5,040 bases of DNA from a virus. The stretch is taken from positions 1-5,040 of the IMG/VR virus record IMGVR_UViG_3300045988_023854; one strand, given 5' to 3'. Numbering within the stretch: the stretch's first letter is position 1; the number at the start of each line of letters is the position of its first letter. Positions 3,917 through 5,040 of the stretch are shown piece after piece. Both the position numbers and the translations under genes were made by a program. Under the pieces are notes generated by a model. The model searched no databases and had not been told where the DNA came from. It saw nothing but the letters and a program-made list of their open reading frames with translations.

Positions 3917-5040
3917 CTAGAAGTGGTCGACAAGGCCGGGTGTGCCGAACATAGGTATAGGACGCACGGTAGTATAACGGAACCCTACATCAAGAAGGAA
4001 CTCAGGCTCATCCTGAACCGCAACAATGCGCTTGATAGGTGGGTTCTCCGTAATGAATTCCTCGTTCAGAGTAGGAGCATTGTTGAAGAACTGAGACAGG
4101 TGCCATACGTCGAGATTACCACCGGATACAGAGCTACGGAATTTCCCAGTAATCTGCGAAGGTTTATAGCGATATTCGGCATAACGCTCCTGATAGCCGA
4201 AAACAGTAGTATCAGCGTCAGTACCCTGAGCATAGATCTCGCGAAGCTCAATAGCCTGTTCGCTAAGGTGGGCGAATGTCGGCCAATAGAGATCGTAGAC
4301 CGTAGAGCGAAGCCACATCTTATTGATGCCCTGCTGATAAGTAAGATCGGCACGGGCGCATACGAAGCCTATGATGTAACCATGCTCGACGAATGACTTA
4401 GTGAAACCATGGAATTTGGACGCAGTAACGCCATAAGCTGAAAGATTGCCCTGAGGAGAGGTGTTGTCGGTCGCGGAAGTCTGAGCTATTGGATTGACAT
4501 TAACCATCTTTGTGAAGGAACCTAAGAATTCAGGACGCTGCAGTCTTGCGTCAGGAGAAACCACGCCGAAGAAAGAGCGAAGCACTTCTGTATAACGGCT
4601 ACCACCGCGAGCAAGGCGTTCGTAGAACTTCTGCATCTGAAACGCAGTGCGAAGACTGTTAATCGTGAAGAGGCTGGAAGAATCCAGATCGGCGTAAGTG
4701 TTCTTGGAAAACCATGAATTACCAGAAATAGCTTTAGCAGTAGCAGTTCCTAATCCTTTTACAGAATGGCCAACTATAGTAGCGTCATAACCACCACCTT
4801 GATATTGCAAAGTACCATTAGCAGTGAAAATATCATGTACACCACCGTCTTTAGAAAGTTGAGCAGCGGCAAGGTTGCCAGTCTGTTGCTGAACAAAATA
4901 TCCAGTTATAGGCGAAGGATCAACAAGCTTAGCAGTACCAGCTAAGCCTATAGATACACCAGGACCTTTTTGAGTCCAAGGAAGCGCAGAAGTGAAGTAA
5001 TCATGACGCTTCCCGCGAGGAGGACAGGCATGACCAGGTA
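3917..5040 (-). CDS. VP1: Major capsid protein VP1, C-terminal part (4986-5040 duplicates 1-55); the whole gene is 1,728 nt / 575 aa on the circle
   Basis: The frame of ORF 3917..4810 stays open upstream to the window end: ...PGHACPPRGKRHDYFTSALPWTQKGPGVSIGLAGTAKLVDPSPITGYFVQQQTGNLAAAQLSKDGGVHDIFTANGTLQYQGGGYD.... The track's 'M' at 4810 is an internal TTG (Leu). Stop is TAG at 3919-3917. C-terminal motifs are F-protein-like (RLQRPEFLGS, NLSAYG, WHLSQ). Confidence 0.93.
   Translation of the reverse strand, partial: PGHACPPRGKRHDYFTSALPWTQKGPGVSIGLAGTAKLVDPSPITGYFVQQQTGNLAAAQLSKDGGVHDIFTANGTLQYQGGGYDATIVGHSVKGLGTATAKAISGNSWFSKNTYADLDSSSLFTINSLRTAFQMQKFYERLARGGSRYTEVLRSFFGVVSPDARLQRPEFLGSFTKMVNVNPIAQTSATDNTSPQGNLSAYGVTASKFHGFTKSFVEHGYIIGFVCARADLTYQQGINKMWLRSTVYDLYWPTFAHLSEQAIELREIYAQGTDADTTVFGYQERYAEYRYKPSQITGKFRSSVSGGNLDVWHLSQFFNNAPTLNEEFITENPPIKRIVAVQDEPEFLLDVGFRYTTVRPIPMFGTPGLVDHF
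4986..5040. repeat. Terminal direct repeat, copy 2 (circular-genome assembly overlap)
   Basis: Exact 55-nt copy of bases 1-55. This implies a circular unit length of 4,985 nt. Confidence 0.95.

Noticed and set aside
1-5040. tRNA, rRNA, CRISPR arrays, transposase or integrase genes, tandem repeats
   Set aside because: Reading both strands showed no cloverleaf-like segments, no spaced direct repeats, and no ORFs with integrase or transposase motifs. The only long direct repeat is the 55-nt terminal assembly overlap.

Overview
The window is one complete circular ssDNA phage genome of the family Microviridae with a gokushovirus-like layout. The unit length is 4,985 nt. It is linearised inside the major capsid gene, and bases 1-55 are repeated exactly at 4986-5040 (assembly overlap). 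All supportable genes lie on the window's minus strand, which is therefore the viral/mRNA-sense strand. Gene order on that strand is: VP1 major capsid (starts at 659, runs off base 1, re-enters at 4985, stops at 3917; 575 aa), VP2 pilot/minor capsid (3901..3215), a 79-aa membrane-anchored ORF (3201..2962), VP4 HUH replication initiator (2812..1901), a 79-aa orphan ORF (1870..1631), a VP5-like small protein (1662..1372), and VP3 internal scaffold (1265..783). The non-coding parts are unusually legible. The only three TTGACA hexamers on the coding strand each sit 17 nt upstream of a TGn-extended -10-like hexamer at a gene boundary. There are two terminator-like hairpins. A 49-nt compound stem-loop between VP3 and VP1 has a loop reading TTACTTGAT on the viral strand, which contains the phiX174 origin nick-site core ACTTG/AT. 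The points most worth follow-up are the stand-alone transmembrane ORF at the end of the structural operon (candidate single-gene lysis protein), the candidate rolling-circle origin, a 12-bp sequence shared in inverted orientation by the two promoters flanking the rep gene, and the orphan ORF between VP4 and the VP5-like gene. No tRNA, rRNA, CRISPR array, transposase or integrase was seen. All functional calls rest on motif recognition by eye; no database search was possible.
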